Shown in pieces: positions 13,811-28,406 of a stretch of 64,000 bases of DNA. Both the position numbers and the translations under genes were made by a program. The DNA lies in assembly GCA_964016885.1 (NCBI GenBank), contig OZ024740.1:352842001-352906000 (forward strand), read 5' to 3'. Each line of letters opens with the position of its first letter. Position 1 is the first letter of the stretch. The notes beneath the pieces were generated by a model. That model was not told where the DNA came from, did not search any database, and worked only from the letters and a program-made list of their open reading frames with translations. This DNA comes from Eledone cirrhosa (lineage: Eukaryota).

Positions 13811-14805
13811 AGTTTTCTCTCTTGTACACTACATCTGATTTCTCTTATACCTAGTTTTCCTCTCAGCTCATTCATGCTTCATTGTTCATGCACATTAAAA
13901 TTGCACATCCATTGAAGCATTCTTGCTTCATTTCTCTCCAGCCTTCGCATATCCTCTGCATTCATTGCCCATGTCTCACTACCATGCAACATTGCACATC
14001 ACGTACAAGCATCAAACAGCTGGCCTTTCATTCATGAGAGAAACCTTTTGTTGTCTACTTATGGTACCTATTTACATCTTCGTGAACTGAACTGTAGTGT
14101 TGAATGTAGTGACCATACACATAGTACAGTGGTAGTAGAAACCAGAAATGAACAGTTGACTCTATGGTTGAATGTATGACATTCTATTAACCATTTCAGA
14201 GTAGATATTTTTACCTCAGCCTGTGTGTAATAGATTTCATTGTACATCCTGCTAAAAAAAAAAAACATAGATACAAACTTGTTTCAATAGCATGATAATG
14301 GAAAATTTACTAAAATCATCCTCATTGTAAAAGATGTAAAAGAAAAAGGATAGGTATTGACCTGTTGTGTCTTGACTTTTTCTCTAATTCTATCTTTTGG
14401 TTAATCCTTTCATAACCATATTTCTAATGGTACATTGCCTATGATTTTCAAATAATTTAGAAAATAATCAAGAATTTGGACGAATTTAGTAAAATAATTT
14501 TCTCATTATTTAGCCAGTGCTTGAAACATAACTTAACAAAGATTCCTACATGAAATTATGATGGAAAGTTTCTAGATGGATGTAAACACTTTAAAATAAA
14601 GTTTCTAGATAGATCTAAACACTTTAAAATGATTAGTTTTGTATTGTAGAACCAGGAGTAGTTTTCAGTGTGTTGGCATCAAAAGGGTTAAACTTTCCCT
14701 GTTTTTTTTGTCTTTTTCTTTGTATTTCATATCTGTTTCTTATCTCAATCAACTTTCTATGTTTGTCAAGTGAAGCAATCAAGTTTTCTTTTCTCATCTT
14801 TCAAG

Positions 14806-14933
14806 ATATTCTACTTGGATCCACGACCCCTACACTGGCCAAGATACATAGAAAACTACTGCTTAGGTATCAAACAGTTTATATTAAATGAAGACATGTC
14901 TGGTCTACCAGCTGCCAGGGCACACCTTAGGAA
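14806..14933 (+). CDS. FAR1: FAR exon ([42 protein letters not shown])
   Basis: Pyrimidine tract with AAG acceptor, GTGAGT donor, 128 bp. YIENYCLG...MSGLPAAR matches FAR1. Confidence 0.92.
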
Positions 14934-15084
14934 GTGAGTTTTAAAAAAGAATTTATGAAGTTTTCTTATTCAGTCTTGGTTTATTTGTTCCTTCAGTGAA
15001 TTGATAAAACAAAATAATTTTATGTTCATTTTTCATGCTTATATGGGTGGGATAGTTTCTCATTGAAGCAGATATTTTTATAGC

Positions 15085-16221
15085 TGGGTGTTGGTGCCAT
15101 GATAAAAAGCATCCAATCCACCATGTAAGGTGGTTGAATTGGTGCCATATTGAAAACCACTCTGTCCACCCTGTAAGGTGGTCATACTGGTACCACAACA
15201 AAAGTATCCAGTTTACCATGTAAGGTGGTTATACTAGTGCTATGACAAAAAGCACCCAGTCCACCTTTTAATATGGTCGTGTTGGTGCTATAACAAAAAA
15301 GCATTCAGTCCATCCTGTAATGTGGTTATGTTAGTGGCATGACAAAAAGCATCCAGTCCATCCTGTAATGTGGTTATGTTAGCAGCATGACAAAAAGCAT
15401 CCAGTCCATCCTGTAATGTGGTTATGTTAGCGGCATGACAAAAAGCATCCAGTCCATCCTGTAATGTGGTTATGTTAGCGGCATGACAAAAAGCATCCAG
15501 TCCATCCTGTAATGTGGTTATGTTAGCGGCATGACAAAAAGCATCCAGTCCATCCTGTAATGTGGTTATGTTAGCGGCATGACAAAAAGCATCCAGTCCA
15601 TCCTGTAATGTGGTTATGTTAGCAGCATGACAAAAAGCATCCAGTCCATCCTGTAATGTGGTTATGTTAGCGGCATGACAAAAAGCATCCAGTCCATCCT
15701 GTAATGTGGTTATGTTAGCGGCATGACAAAAAGCATCCAGTCCATCCTGTAATGTGGTTATGTTAGCGGCATGACAAAAAGCATCCAGTCCATCCTGTAA
15801 TGTGGTTATGTTAGCGGCATGACAAAAAGCATCCAGTCCATCCTGTAATGTGGTTATGTTAGCGGCATGACAAAAAGCATCCAGTCCATCCTGTAATGTG
15901 GTTATGTTAGCAGCATGACAAAAAGCATCCAGTCCATCCTGTAATGTGGTTATGTTAGCGGCATGACAAAAAGCATCCAGTCCATCCTGTAATGTGGTTA
16001 TGTTAGCAGCATGACAAAAAGCATCCAGTCCATCCTGTAATGTGGTTATGTTAGCGGCATGACAAAAAGCATCCAGTCCATCCTGTAATGTGGTTATGTT
16101 AGCGGCATGACAAAAAGCATCCAGTCCATCCTGTAATGTGGTTATGTTAGCGGCATGACAAAAAGCATCCAGTCCATCCTGTAATGTGGTTATGTTAGCG
16201 GCATGACAAAAAGCATCCAGT
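15085..16221 (+). repeat. 48-bp minisatellite (about 19 near-identical copies plus about 5 degenerate upstream copies) derived from the RTE 3'-UTR repeat
   Basis: Unit GCATGACAAAAAGCATCCAGTCCATCCTGTAATGTGGTTATGTTAGC(G/A). Followed by the RTE 3' end (GGTTAGGAAGGG..CCAGCTATAGAAA...CCCATGCAAGC...(GAT)n) up to about 16357. Confidence 0.93.
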
Positions 16222-16957
16222 TTACTCACTAAGGTGGTTGGGGTTAGGAAGGGTGTCCAGCTATAGAAAATCAAACCAAAAACACCGTATAAGCCTCATA
16301 ACATGACAGTCTGTCTAACCCATGCAAGCCTAGAAAATAGATGTTCATGATGATGATACTCTCCCTATCCTTAACCAAGAAGTTGTTGCACAACAGGGTC
16401 TTTTGTTTGTTAGTCAAACTGAGTAAATATTTAAGAAAGGGTTTAACATAGTGACTGACATGTACTTGTAATTAATTAGGTTTATTTTTTACTATAAAGT
16501 TAATTTTGTAAGGTTTTAAGCATGTTGTTAATTACAGTAGCTGATTATGGATATAGTTCAATTTTTTTACTCTATTAAAGTGTCTATATTTATTTCAATT
16601 TGTAAAATTATTTTAAATGAAGTCATTTAAATTTTTTACTTATGATGTTAAATACAGAAGTTGTAACCTTGGAATGTAGCCATTTGTGTTGTACCTCTAG
16701 GCAAAGCACATAACTCTGTCAGCCTCAGTGTATCTACTTGCTTCTCAGTTGAGTGAAAATAATATAACACATCATAGAGTATATGAATGAATTCTGTACA
16801 AGAATATACATTTGTCTGTTTTAGTATACATTTTATACACTATGTTAAGAACATGTAGAATGCCAAGCAAAAGGTAAAAAGGACTCTTGAACTGTGTCAA
16901 AGACATGAGAAACTCTTCAGTGCTGATGCCATGATAAAACACACTTAGTACACTTCA

Positions 16958-17216
16958 ACATTGTTTTAGGGAAAGACTGATTATATTTTCTGACTGTTTG
17001 AGTTATTAGCAGCAGAAAGGTTATCCAAATGTAAAAACAAATGCTCCAAATAAGAAAGAAAAAAAAGTAACTGCAAAATGATGAGAAACTATCATTTTGC
17101 AACTACTTTTCTTTTCTTTTTTCTTTAGAGCATTTGTTTTTACATTTAGATTACCTTTCTGCTGCTAATAACTCAAACAGCCAGAAAATATAATCAGTCT
17201 TTCCCTAAAACAATGT
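16958..17216. repeat. Imperfect palindrome of about 260 bp in the last FAR intron
   Basis: ACATTGTTTTAGGGAAAGACTGATTATATTTTCTG... pairs with ...CAGAAAATATAATCAGTCTTTCCCTAAAACAATGT around a centre near 17087. Confidence 0.85.
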
Positions 17217-17529
17217 AGATAAGGCATCAGACTATCTACTCATGGCTCAAATCTGCTTCAGGAATTTTATTGTTTCTGAGCAGAACAATACGTTATTCTT
17301 ATTTGTCCTAGCTCACTCATGAACAGGTAACAGATCATCTCGAAATGATACTTGTGATAGATGAGTGACCAATACTCCTTAACATCAAAATAAAACACCA
17401 GCTCTAAGTTGATCTCAGTGTTCTATCTACACAGACATCTTGTTGTCTACTTAGCCATTTATGTCATAGCTATGCTTTCACTTGTGTATTCATACTTAGT
17501 TTTGTGTCTTACACATTCATATGAATGTA

Positions 17530-17810
17530 GCATAAGCGAATGATTAAGAAGTTTGCTTCACAACCATTGGATTCCAGGTTCAATTCCATTGTGCCATCTT
17601 GGGGAAATGTCATTTACCATAGTGTGGGGTTGACCCATGCCTTGTGAAACTATTTGAAAGCCCACCAGATGGACTGTACCTGTAATTCAAAAGATCGGCC
17701 TTGTCACACATTGTGTCATGCTGAATGTCCCTGTGAATTACATTAAGGGTATATGTTGCTCCATTGATTAAAGAACTGGAACACTTATTGTCGAAACTGA
17801 CAGAGGGTAC
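17530..17810 (+). mobile_element. Degraded tRNA-derived SINE
   Basis: A-box-like and B-box-like (GGTTCAATTCC) head, then CTTGGGGAAATGTCATTTACCATAG. Confidence 0.45.
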
Positions 17811-17894
17811 ATTCCACACATATGCATATGCACACACGTACGCACACACATACACACATCTATATGTATATTTTCTTTATTCATTTATTTTCAG

Positions 17895-18057
17895 ATTGAG
17901 AAACATTCGTTACACATTCAACACTATGCTGATAGTAGTCTTCTGGCGAGTTCTCATTGCCAGATCGGATTTAGCCCGCAATCTCTGGTACCTCATTATG
18001 GGGCTTGTATCTAAATTTGTCAAGAACTTTTGGATAACCAGCACACTACGGCATTAA
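17895..18057 (+). CDS. FAR1: FAR last coding exon (LRNIRYTFNTMLIVVFWRVLIARSDLARNLWY...STLRH*), C-terminal membrane anchor
   Basis: ttttcAG acceptor, TAA stop at 18055-18057. Closely resembles the vertebrate FAR1 C-terminus (LRNIRY..NT...WR..IARS..ARN.WY). Confidence 0.92.
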
Positions 18058-18072
18058 TATTTCTGCAGTAAA

Positions 18073-18078
18073 AATAAA
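18073..18078 (+). promoter_or_regulatory. Candidate polyadenylation signal for FAR
   Basis: AATAAA 15 nt after the stop, with another near 18142. The region is AT-rich, so this is weak evidence. Confidence 0.3.
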
Positions 18079-18764
18079 TAAGATCAAGAAAAAATAAATT
18101 TACATATATATATACATACATATACACACACGCACAAATTTAATAAAAAAAAAATAACCCACAAAAATTTTTTAAAATATAATTTAAAGACTGAGCTTTA
18201 TTTCTAGATTGCTCTACTTGTTTTCAACAATGCAGGCAAGTCTTGTTATCATTTCTACAGGAAATGTCTGCAATATTAAAAACTATAATGCCACACAAGT
18301 TTTTGCTTGAATTCTTTCTTCGCCTTCTCTACATATTCTGTCCATGACTCAATGAAACTGTTTGATGTATAACTACAACTACTTCTACTACTATTCCTAC
18401 TTCTTCTCATCTTCCTCCTCCTACTACTTCAATGACTACTACTATTACTAATGTATGAGATCCCTTTGAAACTGTTGACAATTAAAATTTAAAACAATCT
18501 TGAAAATTATTGTTACTGATTCAGATGTAAAAAAAAAAATGATTGGCTTGTATTGATAATGATTTTTATTTAGGCACAAGGCAAGCAATTTTGATGGAAG
18601 GAAAAGTTGGTCATATATACATATGTGGGTGTATTGGTGTCTCTTTGTACATTCAAAAATGGTAGTTATATCTACCTTCAGTTTAACCTAAATCTTCAAA
18701 TACATGCTGTGTTCTATTATAAATGTGTGTGTATATATATATATATATATAGTAAGGCAATTAA

Positions 18765-20874
18765 TATCATCATCATCATCATTATCATCATCATTTTACG
18801 CCCATTTTTCCCTGCTTACAAGGGTGGGACGGGTCTTATTCAGCACAGCATCTCTGCACTTGTCATGGTCCTTCGTCATCTCCACCGTGAGCTTCCGCGA
18901 TCTGAGGTCTGTTCTCACCACCTCCACCCATGAAGAAGTGCCAGGAAATGCCAGATGAAGGAAGACCTGTAGAGGTAGACCACATCTTCCTTCAACTGGC
19001 ATTTCCTGGCACTTCTTCACCCATTGGTCATCCTCCATGCACATCCCATGTCCATACCACCGCAGTCTCCTCTCTCGCACACTACATTCTATCCCTCTCA
19101 GACACAGTTTCTCTCTCAACACATCCATGCTGGGTCGTTTACGCACATTGACATTGCACATCCAACGGAGTATGCTTGCCTCATTTCTCTCTAGCCGTCG
19201 CATATCCTCTGCAGTTTCTGCCCAAGTCTCATTACCATGCAGCATCACGCTCCTCACACAGGCATCATATAACCAGCCTTTCGTACGCAGGGAAAAACCC
19301 TTCTTCGTCAGCAGAGGAAGCAGCTCCCTAAACTTCTTCCAAACTGTCCTTATTCTAGATACTATGGCCTCGGACCCCCCCCCCCCCCATGCTAATCTGA
19401 TCTCCTAGGTACCGGAAGCTATCCACCACTTCTATAGCACCCGCCTGCATTTGAAAAATGTGTCTATCAATGCGACTTCTACTGTCTAATTTCCCTGTAC
19501 ATCTACTGCATACGTATTTCTCCCTACTTGTTAGTTTGCCTGCTATCCCACTACATCTCTTGTGTACCCAGGATCTGCATTGTGTGCATTTTATAGAATT
19601 TATGCCAGTTCCTTTTCTGCATATCAAACATGGCCATTTCCCTGACGGAATCAGAGTTTTGTCCTCTTTTCTACTCATCAACACTTTTGTCTTAGCTAGG
19701 TTCACTCTCAGTCCTCTTGCTTCCAACTGCTGTTTCCATAGCCAAAATTTATTCTCTAGCTCCTCTACTGATTCTGCTATAAGAACCAGATCGTCAGCAT
19801 AGAGAAGTTCCCATGGACAGCCAGTCTTAAACTCCTCTGTTATGGCTTGGAGGACTATAATGAACAAGAGCGGGCTGAGGACTGAACCTTGATGTACTCC
19901 TACTTGTATCTGGAATTCCTCACTAAACTCCATTCCTACCCTCACTTTACTGACAGCACCTCTGTACAAAGTTTGCACTGTCCTCACAAGCAATTCCTCA
20001 ACACCTAGTTTCCTTAGGGACCACCAGATGACAGATCGGGGTACCCTATCAAAGACCATCTCTAGGTCAACAAAGGCTAAGTATAGTGGCTTATTCTTCT
20101 CTAAGAACCTCTCTTGTAATTGTATCACCAAGAAGAGGGCATCTGTTGTACATTTCCCAGGCACAAAACCAAACTGCATCTCATCTAGTTTGATCCTTTC
20201 TCTAATTAGTTGTGCTAATATCCTTTCTGCCACTTTCATAACCTGATCAATCAGTTTTATACCCCTATAATTGCTCCTCTCCAGAGCATCCCCTTTACCT
20301 TTGTAGCAATTTATGAGAATACTGCTGCACCAGTCTTTGGGTATGACACCACCATATATAGCCTGATTGATGATGCGTGCAACCAGTTTAATGCCTACGT
20401 CCCCTGATGCCTTCAGCATCTCAGCAACTATCCCCGACGGTTCAGCAGCCTTACCATTTTTCATTTCCTTAATCGCTTCTTGAACCTTATATTCGTCAAT
20501 CTCAATAGCTGGTCCCTCTGTCGGATCGACTGAGGGTAATTTCTCTCTTTCCCATTCGTTCTCCACATTCATCAGTCTCTCATAATGACATTTCCAGGCC
20601 TCCTTTTTCTGATCATTCGTGACACTAAGTACACCGGCATCATCCCGGACACATTTATCACCAACAACATCCTGATTTGCATTGACACACTGCCTTGCAA
20701 TGTGGAACACCGCACGCCTCTGATCTTCACGTCGCAGAACATTGGCAAACCTACTCTCAGCCTCCCTCTGTGCTAAGTACACCTGACGTCTAGCTTGTCT
20801 CTTAGCGGCTGTATATCCTTCTATACTCCCACCCTTTTCCCAAGCCTTCTATGCTAGTCTTTTGTCTCTAATGG

Positions 20875-20876
<2 letters not shown>
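18765..20876 (-). mobile_element. 5'-truncated RTE LINE (second PHD-bearing subfamily)
   Basis: 475-aa ORF 19355-20782 (RT, YADD, PHD-like finger) plus 18796-19257 after a frameshift at a poly-C run. (GAT)n tail at about 18765-18795. The 5' end abuts (TA)n. Confidence 0.93.
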
Positions 20877-20920
<44 letters not shown>

Positions 20921-20930
20921 ATATATATAT

Positions 20931-20963
<33 letters not shown>

Positions 20964-20973
20964 ATATATATAT

Positions 20974-21006
<33 letters not shown>

Positions 21007-21034
21007 ATATATTATATATATATTATATATATAT

Positions 21035-21092
<58 letters not shown>

Positions 21093-21149
21093 ATATATTA
21101 TATATATATTATATATATATTATATATTATATATATATTATATATATAT

Positions 21150-22177
21150 TATCATCATCACCGTTTTACGTCCGTTCTTCCACGCTAGCATGGGTTAGAC
21201 GGGTTGTCCTGTTGTGGGCAGTGTCTGGTCGGCTGACCATGCCTTGCTCATACAGGAACTGATCTGGCTTGATTTCTACAGCTGGATGCCCTTCCTAACA
21301 CCAACCTCATTTACAGTGAGTGCTGGGTGCTTTTTCGTGGCGCCTACACGTCCACTTTACAGTGTGGGCTGGGTGCTTTTTTGCCGTGGCACCTCCACGA
21401 CCACCTTGCGGTGGGGGGGGGGGGGGCATATTGTTTATATGCTTCAGCATGTACCCATGGGAGGTCGGGTACCCTGTATTACTGCGTGACGCCAGAAGTC
21501 ACGGTCGTGTGTCATTGACTTTGAGAGGTGTAGTTGGGTAAGGTCGGCTTTTATCACCTCATCCCAAGTCATCTTGGGTCTCCCCACTCCGCGGTTTCCA
21601 TCAACTTCTAGTGCTCTGCACCTTTTTATGCAGCTGTCATCCTTCATACGCATCACATGTCCATACCAGCGTAACCGCCTCTCCTGCACGCAGCATTTGA
21701 TTCCTCTTATGCTCAGTCTCTCTCTCAATTCATTTATGCTTTGTCGTTCACGTATATTACTGTTACACATCCATCGGAGCATGCAGGCTTCGTTTCTCTC
21801 TAATCTACGTAAGTCTTCCACCTTCAGCGCCCAGGTCTCACTACCATGCAACATCGCTGTTCGGATACACGCATCATACAGTCTGCCTTTCATTCTGAGG
21901 GAGAAGCCTTTTGCAGCTAGCAGTGGTAGTAGTTCCCTAAACTTCTTCCATCCCGTTCTTACCCTAGTTATTGTACTTTCTGAGCACCCACCTCCGTTGC
22001 TAATTCGGTCACCTAGGTAGCAGAAGCTGTCTACTGTTTCTACAGGGCCCTCCCAGAGATTGGTGGTACTTGTTTCCTGTGGCTGTTTGCTTGCTGTTTC
22101 AGCACAGCTGCTGCATGTGAATCCTACATTCTTAATTAAGCTTCCTGAGATCCCGCTACATCTCTTGTGTACCCATT
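21150..22177 (-). mobile_element. 5'-truncated RTE LINE 3' fragment
   Basis: ORF 21444-21893 (KGRLYDACIRTAMLHGSETW...RRLRWYGHVMR), 3'-UTR and (GAT)n tail, flanked by (TA)n on both sides. Confidence 0.9.
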
Positions 22178-22345
22178 GTATAATATTATATATTATATAT
22201 ATATTATATATTATATATATATTATATATATATTATATATTATATATATATTATATATATATTATATATTATATATATATTATATATTATATATATATTA
22301 TATATATATTATATATATATATATTATATATATATATATAATATA

Positions 22346-22380
<35 letters not shown>

Positions 22381-22384
<4 letters not shown>

Positions 22385-23478
22385 TGGGATCACAGGTAAG
22401 CTAACTAAGAACTTAGATTTTACATGTGGGTGGTGCTCTGGTGCAATAAGTAGCAGCGAGTGCCCACAAAATACTAACTCTTTCAATTGCGCAGAGGGCT
22501 CTATAGAAATAGTGGACAGCTTCCGTTACCTGGGTGACAAAATCAGCAGTGGGGGAGGGTGCTCCGAAAGTACAGTAGCTAGAGTCAGAACTGGATGGAA
22601 AAAGTTCAGAGAGCTTATACCACTATTAGCCGCTAAGGGGTTCTCCCTAAAAATGAAAGGCAGGTTGTATGATGCCTGCATACGAACAGCAATGTTGCAT
22701 GGCAGTGAGACCTGGGCATTGTGCGCAGAGGATATACGCAGACTAGAGAGGAACGAAGCTTGCATGCTCCGCTGGATGTGTAATAGTAATATACGTGAAC
22801 GGCAAAGCATAAACGAACTAAGGAAAAAATTAGAAATAAGAGGGATCAGATGTTGTTTACTCGAGAGAAGGCTACGTTGGTACGGACATGTGATGCGCAT
22901 GAAAGTCGATAGCTGTATAACAAAGTGCAGGGCAATAAAGATAGACGGTAGCCACGGAATAGGCAGACCTAGAAAATCCTGGGACGAGCTGATAAACTCC
23001 GACTTCACACACTTACACCTCTCCAAGACAATGTCACTGGACCGAGACCTTTGGCGGTACTCAGTAATAGAGAAGACCCGCCTTACCTAAATACATAGTA
23101 AAACCTAATACAGCCAGTAGGCATCTCTAACAAAATACACCCCCGTCCCACGACCCCACACCCCCATCCACACCACCCCCTCCTATGTAAAGTTATGTTG
23201 GTGCCACAACATCCAGGCCGAAACAAATAAGATCGTGTAGGTGTCACGACAAAAAAACACAGTCCACGCTGTAATGTGGCCGTGTAGGCAATACGGTAAA
23301 AACCTCCCAGTCCCACACTGTAAATGTGGTTGGTGTTAGGAAGGGCATCCAACTGTAGAAAACCTGCCAGACAGTCCTATGCGAGCAAGACAATCACTCT
23401 TGCCTCAAGTGGGAATACCCCCGTCCAAACCCATGCAAGCGTGGAACACGGACGTTAAACGTTGATGATGATGATGAT
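22381..23478 (+). mobile_element. 5'-truncated RTE LINE 3' fragment
   Basis: Open frame from SGITGKL to KTRLT* (23090), then 3'-UTR and (GAT)n tail, embedded in (TA)n. Confidence 0.92.
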
Positions 23479-23489
23479 AATATATATAT

Positions 23490-23555
<66 letters not shown>

Positions 23556-23675
23556 ATATTATATATATATATATTATATATATATATTTAATATATATAT
23601 TATATATATATATATATAATATATATATTATATATATATATATTATATATATATATATATTATATATATATAATA

Positions 23676-23759
<84 letters not shown>

Positions 23760-23825
23760 CATATTACATATATTATATATATATTACATATATTATATAT
23801 ATATATTATATATATATATATAATA

Positions 23826-23869
<44 letters not shown>

Positions 23870-24149
23870 CATATTACATATATTATATATATATATTATA
23901 TATATATTACATATATTATATATATATATTATATATATATATATTATATATATATTATATATATAATATATATATTATATATATATATATTATATATATA
24001 TTATATATATAATATATATATTATATATATATATATATATTATATATATATATATAATATATATATATATATATTATATATATATATATATATTATATAT
24101 ATATATAATTATATATATATATATATATTATATATATATATATATATAA

Positions 24150-25597
24150 TATCATCATCATCATCATCATCAACGTTTAACGTCCGTGTTCCACGCTTGC
24201 ATGGGTTTGGACGGGGGTAGTCCCACTTGAGGCAAGAGTGATTTTCTTGCTCGCATAGGACTGTCTGGCAGGTTTTCTACAGTTGGATGCCCTTCCTAAC
24301 ACCAACCACATTTACAGTGTGGGTCTGGGAGGTTTTTACCGTGTTGCCAACACGGCCACATTACAGCGTGGACTGTGTGTTTTTTTGTCGTGACACCTAC
24401 ACGATCTCATTTGTTTCGGCCTGGATGGCGCGGCACCAACATAACTTTACATAGAACGGGGTGGTGTGGATGAGGTGGGGGTTGTGGTGGTGGGACGGGG
24501 TGTATTTTGTTAGAGATGCCTACTGGCAAGGCGGGTCTTCTCTATTACTGAGTACCGCCAAAGGTCTCGGTCCAGTGACATTGTCTTGGTGAGGTGTAAG
24601 TGTGTGAGGTCGGTGTTTATCAGCTCGTCCCAGGTTTTTCTGGGTCTGCCTATTCCGCGGCCACCGTCCATCCCCATTGCCCTGCACTTTGTTATACAGC
24701 TATCATCCTTCATGCGCATCACGTGACCATACCAACGTAGCCTTCTCTCTAGTAAACAACATCTGATCCCTCTTATTTCTAATTTTTTCCTTAGTTCGTT
24801 TATGCTTTGTCGTTCACGTATATTACTATTACACATCCAGCGGAGCATGCAAGCTTCGTTTCTCTCTAGTCTGCGTATATCCTCTGCACACAATGCCCAG
24901 GTCTCACTGCCATGCAACATTGCTGTTCGTATGCAGGCATCGTATAGCCTGCCTTTCATTTTTAGGGAGAACCCTTTAGCGGCTAATAGTGGTATAAGCT
25001 CTCTGAACTTTTTCCACCCAGTTCTGACTCTAGCTACTGTACTTTCAGAGCACCCTCCCCCACTGCTGATTTTGTCACCCAGGTAACGGAAGCTGTCCAC
25101 TATTTCTATAGAACCCTCTGCGCAGTTGAAAGAGCTAGTATTTTGTGGGCACTTGCTGCTACTTATATCCCCAGAACACCGGCCACATGTAAAATCTATG
25201 TTCTTAGTTAGCTTACCTGTGATCCCACTACATCTTTTATGCACCCAAACTTTGCATTTGGGACACAAAATGGAATTTCTACCTACGCCTTTCCTACACT
25301 CTACGCATGGCCACTTCCCGGAGGGGACCGCCGCCTTATTTTCTTTCTTACAAACTAGAACTTTAGTCTTAGCTAGGTTAATTTTAAGGCCTTTTGATTC
25401 TAGGCCGTGCTTCCATGTTTGGAATTTCTTCTCTAGCTCGGCCATTGATTCAGCTATGAGCGTTAGATTATCTGCGTATAAGAGTTCCCATGGGCAGCCG
25501 GTCTTGAACTCCACTGTTATAGCCTGGAGGGCAACAATAAATAGTAGGGGGCCAAGAACAGAGCCCTGATGAACACCAACTTTTACACTAAACTCTT
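24150..25597 (-). mobile_element. 5'-truncated RTE LINE
   Basis: 334-aa ORF 24510-25514 (YADN variant of YADD, PHD-like finger, C-terminus). (GAT)n tail and (TA)n flanks. Confidence 0.93.
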
Positions 25598-25963
25598 ATA
25601 TATATAATATATATATTATATATATATTATATATATATATATATATAATATATATATATATATTATATATATATATATATTATATATATATATATAATAT
25701 ATATATATATATATTATATATATATATATATATTATATATATATATATAATATATATATATATATAATATATATATATATATAATATATATATTATATAA
25801 TATATATATTATATATATATATATAATATATATATTATATAATATATATATTATATATATATATATAATATATATATTATATATATATATAATATATATA
25901 TATATATTATATATTTATATTATATATAATATATTATATATATTTATATTATATATAATATAT

Positions 25964-25997
<34 letters not shown>

Positions 25998-26273
25998 ATT
26001 ATAATATATATGTATATATATATATATATTATATATATATATTATATATATTATATATATATATATATATATAATATATATATTATATATATATATAATA
26101 TATATATATATTATATATATTATATATATATATATATAATATATATATTATATATATATATAATATATATATTATATATATTATATATATATATAATATA
26201 TATATATATATTATATATATATATTATATATAATATATATGTATATATATATATATATTATATATATATATTA

Positions 26274-26313
<40 letters not shown>

Positions 26314-26415
26314 TATTATATATATATATAATATATATATATATTATATATATTATATATATATATATAATATATATATTATATATATATATAATATATA
26401 TATTATATATATTAT

Positions 26416-26463
<48 letters not shown>

Positions 26464-27272
26464 TATATATATATATATATTATATATATATATATATTAT
26501 ATATATTATATATATATATATATTATATATATATATATATTATATATATTATATATATATATATTATATATTATATATATATATATATATATATTATATA
26601 TTATATATATATTATATATATATTATATATATTATATATATTATATTATATATATATATATTATATATATATATATATTATATATATTATATATATATAT
26701 ATTATATATATATATATATTATATATATTATATATATATATATTATATATATATATATATTATATATATTATATATATATATATATTATATATATTATAT
26801 ATTATATATATATATATTATATATATATATATTATATATATTATATATTATATATATATATATTATATATATATATATTATATATATTATATATATATAT
26901 ATTATATATATATATATTATATATTATATATATATATATTATATATATTATATATTATATATATATATATTATATATATTATATATATATTATATATATT
27001 ATATATATATATATTATATATATTATATATATATATATTATATATATTATATATTATATATATATATATTATATATATATATATTATATATATATATATT
27101 ATATATATATATATTATATATATTATGTATATATATATTATATATATTATATATATTATATATATATATATTATATATATTATATATATTATATATATAT
27201 ATATTATATATATTATATATTATATATATTATATATTATATATATTATATATTATATATATTATATATATAT

Positions 27273-27352
<80 letters not shown>

Positions 27353-27917
27353 TATATATATATATATTATATATATTATATATATATATATATATTATAT
27401 ATTATATATATATATATTATATATTATATATATTATATATTATATATATATTATATATATATTATATATATTATATATATTATATATATATATATTATAT
27501 ATATATAAATTATATATATATATATTATATATATATATATATTATATATTATATATATTATATATTATATATATATATATTATATATATATATATTATAT
27601 ATATTATATATATATATATTATATATATTATATATATATATATTATATATATTATATATATATATATTATATATATTATATATATATATATTATATATAT
27701 TATATATTATATATATTATATATATTATATATATATATATTATATATATATATATTATATATATATATATTATATATATATATATTATATATATTATATA
27801 TATTATATATATATATTATATATATTATATATATATATATTATATATTATATATATTATATATATATATATTATATATATATTATATATATATATATATT
27901 ATATATTATATATATAT

Positions 27918-27951
<34 letters not shown>

Positions 27952-28027
27952 ATATATATTATATATATATATATATATTATATATATATATATTATATAT
28001 ATATATATATATTATATATATATATAT

Positions 28028-28088
<61 letters not shown>

Positions 28089-28348
28089 ATATATATATAT
28101 ATATTATATATATATATATATTATATATATATATTATATATATATTATATATATATATATATTATATATATATATATTATATATATATATATATTATATA
28201 TTATATATATATATATATTATATATATATATATATTATATATATATTATATATATATATATATTATATATATATATATATTATATATATATTATATATAT
28301 ATATATTATATATATATATATTATATATATATATATATTATATATATA

Positions 28349-28385
<37 letters not shown>
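25598..28385. repeat. About 2.8-kb degenerate (TA)n microsatellite
   Basis: Almost pure TA with TT/AA interruptions. Similar tracts at 20877-21150, 23479-24150, 33470-34076, 35950-36937 and 40321-40733. Confidence 0.97.
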
Positions 28386-28390
<5 letters not shown>

Positions 28391-28406
28391 TGTTGTTCTT
28401 ATACAT

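Noticed and set aside
15288-16274. 328-aa repeat ORF (DAFCHAANITTLQDGL)n, or a CRISPR-like array
   Set aside because: It is a pure 48-bp tandem repeat with no unique spacers and no cas genes nearby. The frame stays open only because 48 is a multiple of three.
17310-17360. CTCATGA...CGAAA hammerhead-like motif after the intronic palindrome
   Set aside because: G5 is mutated and the stems pair poorly.
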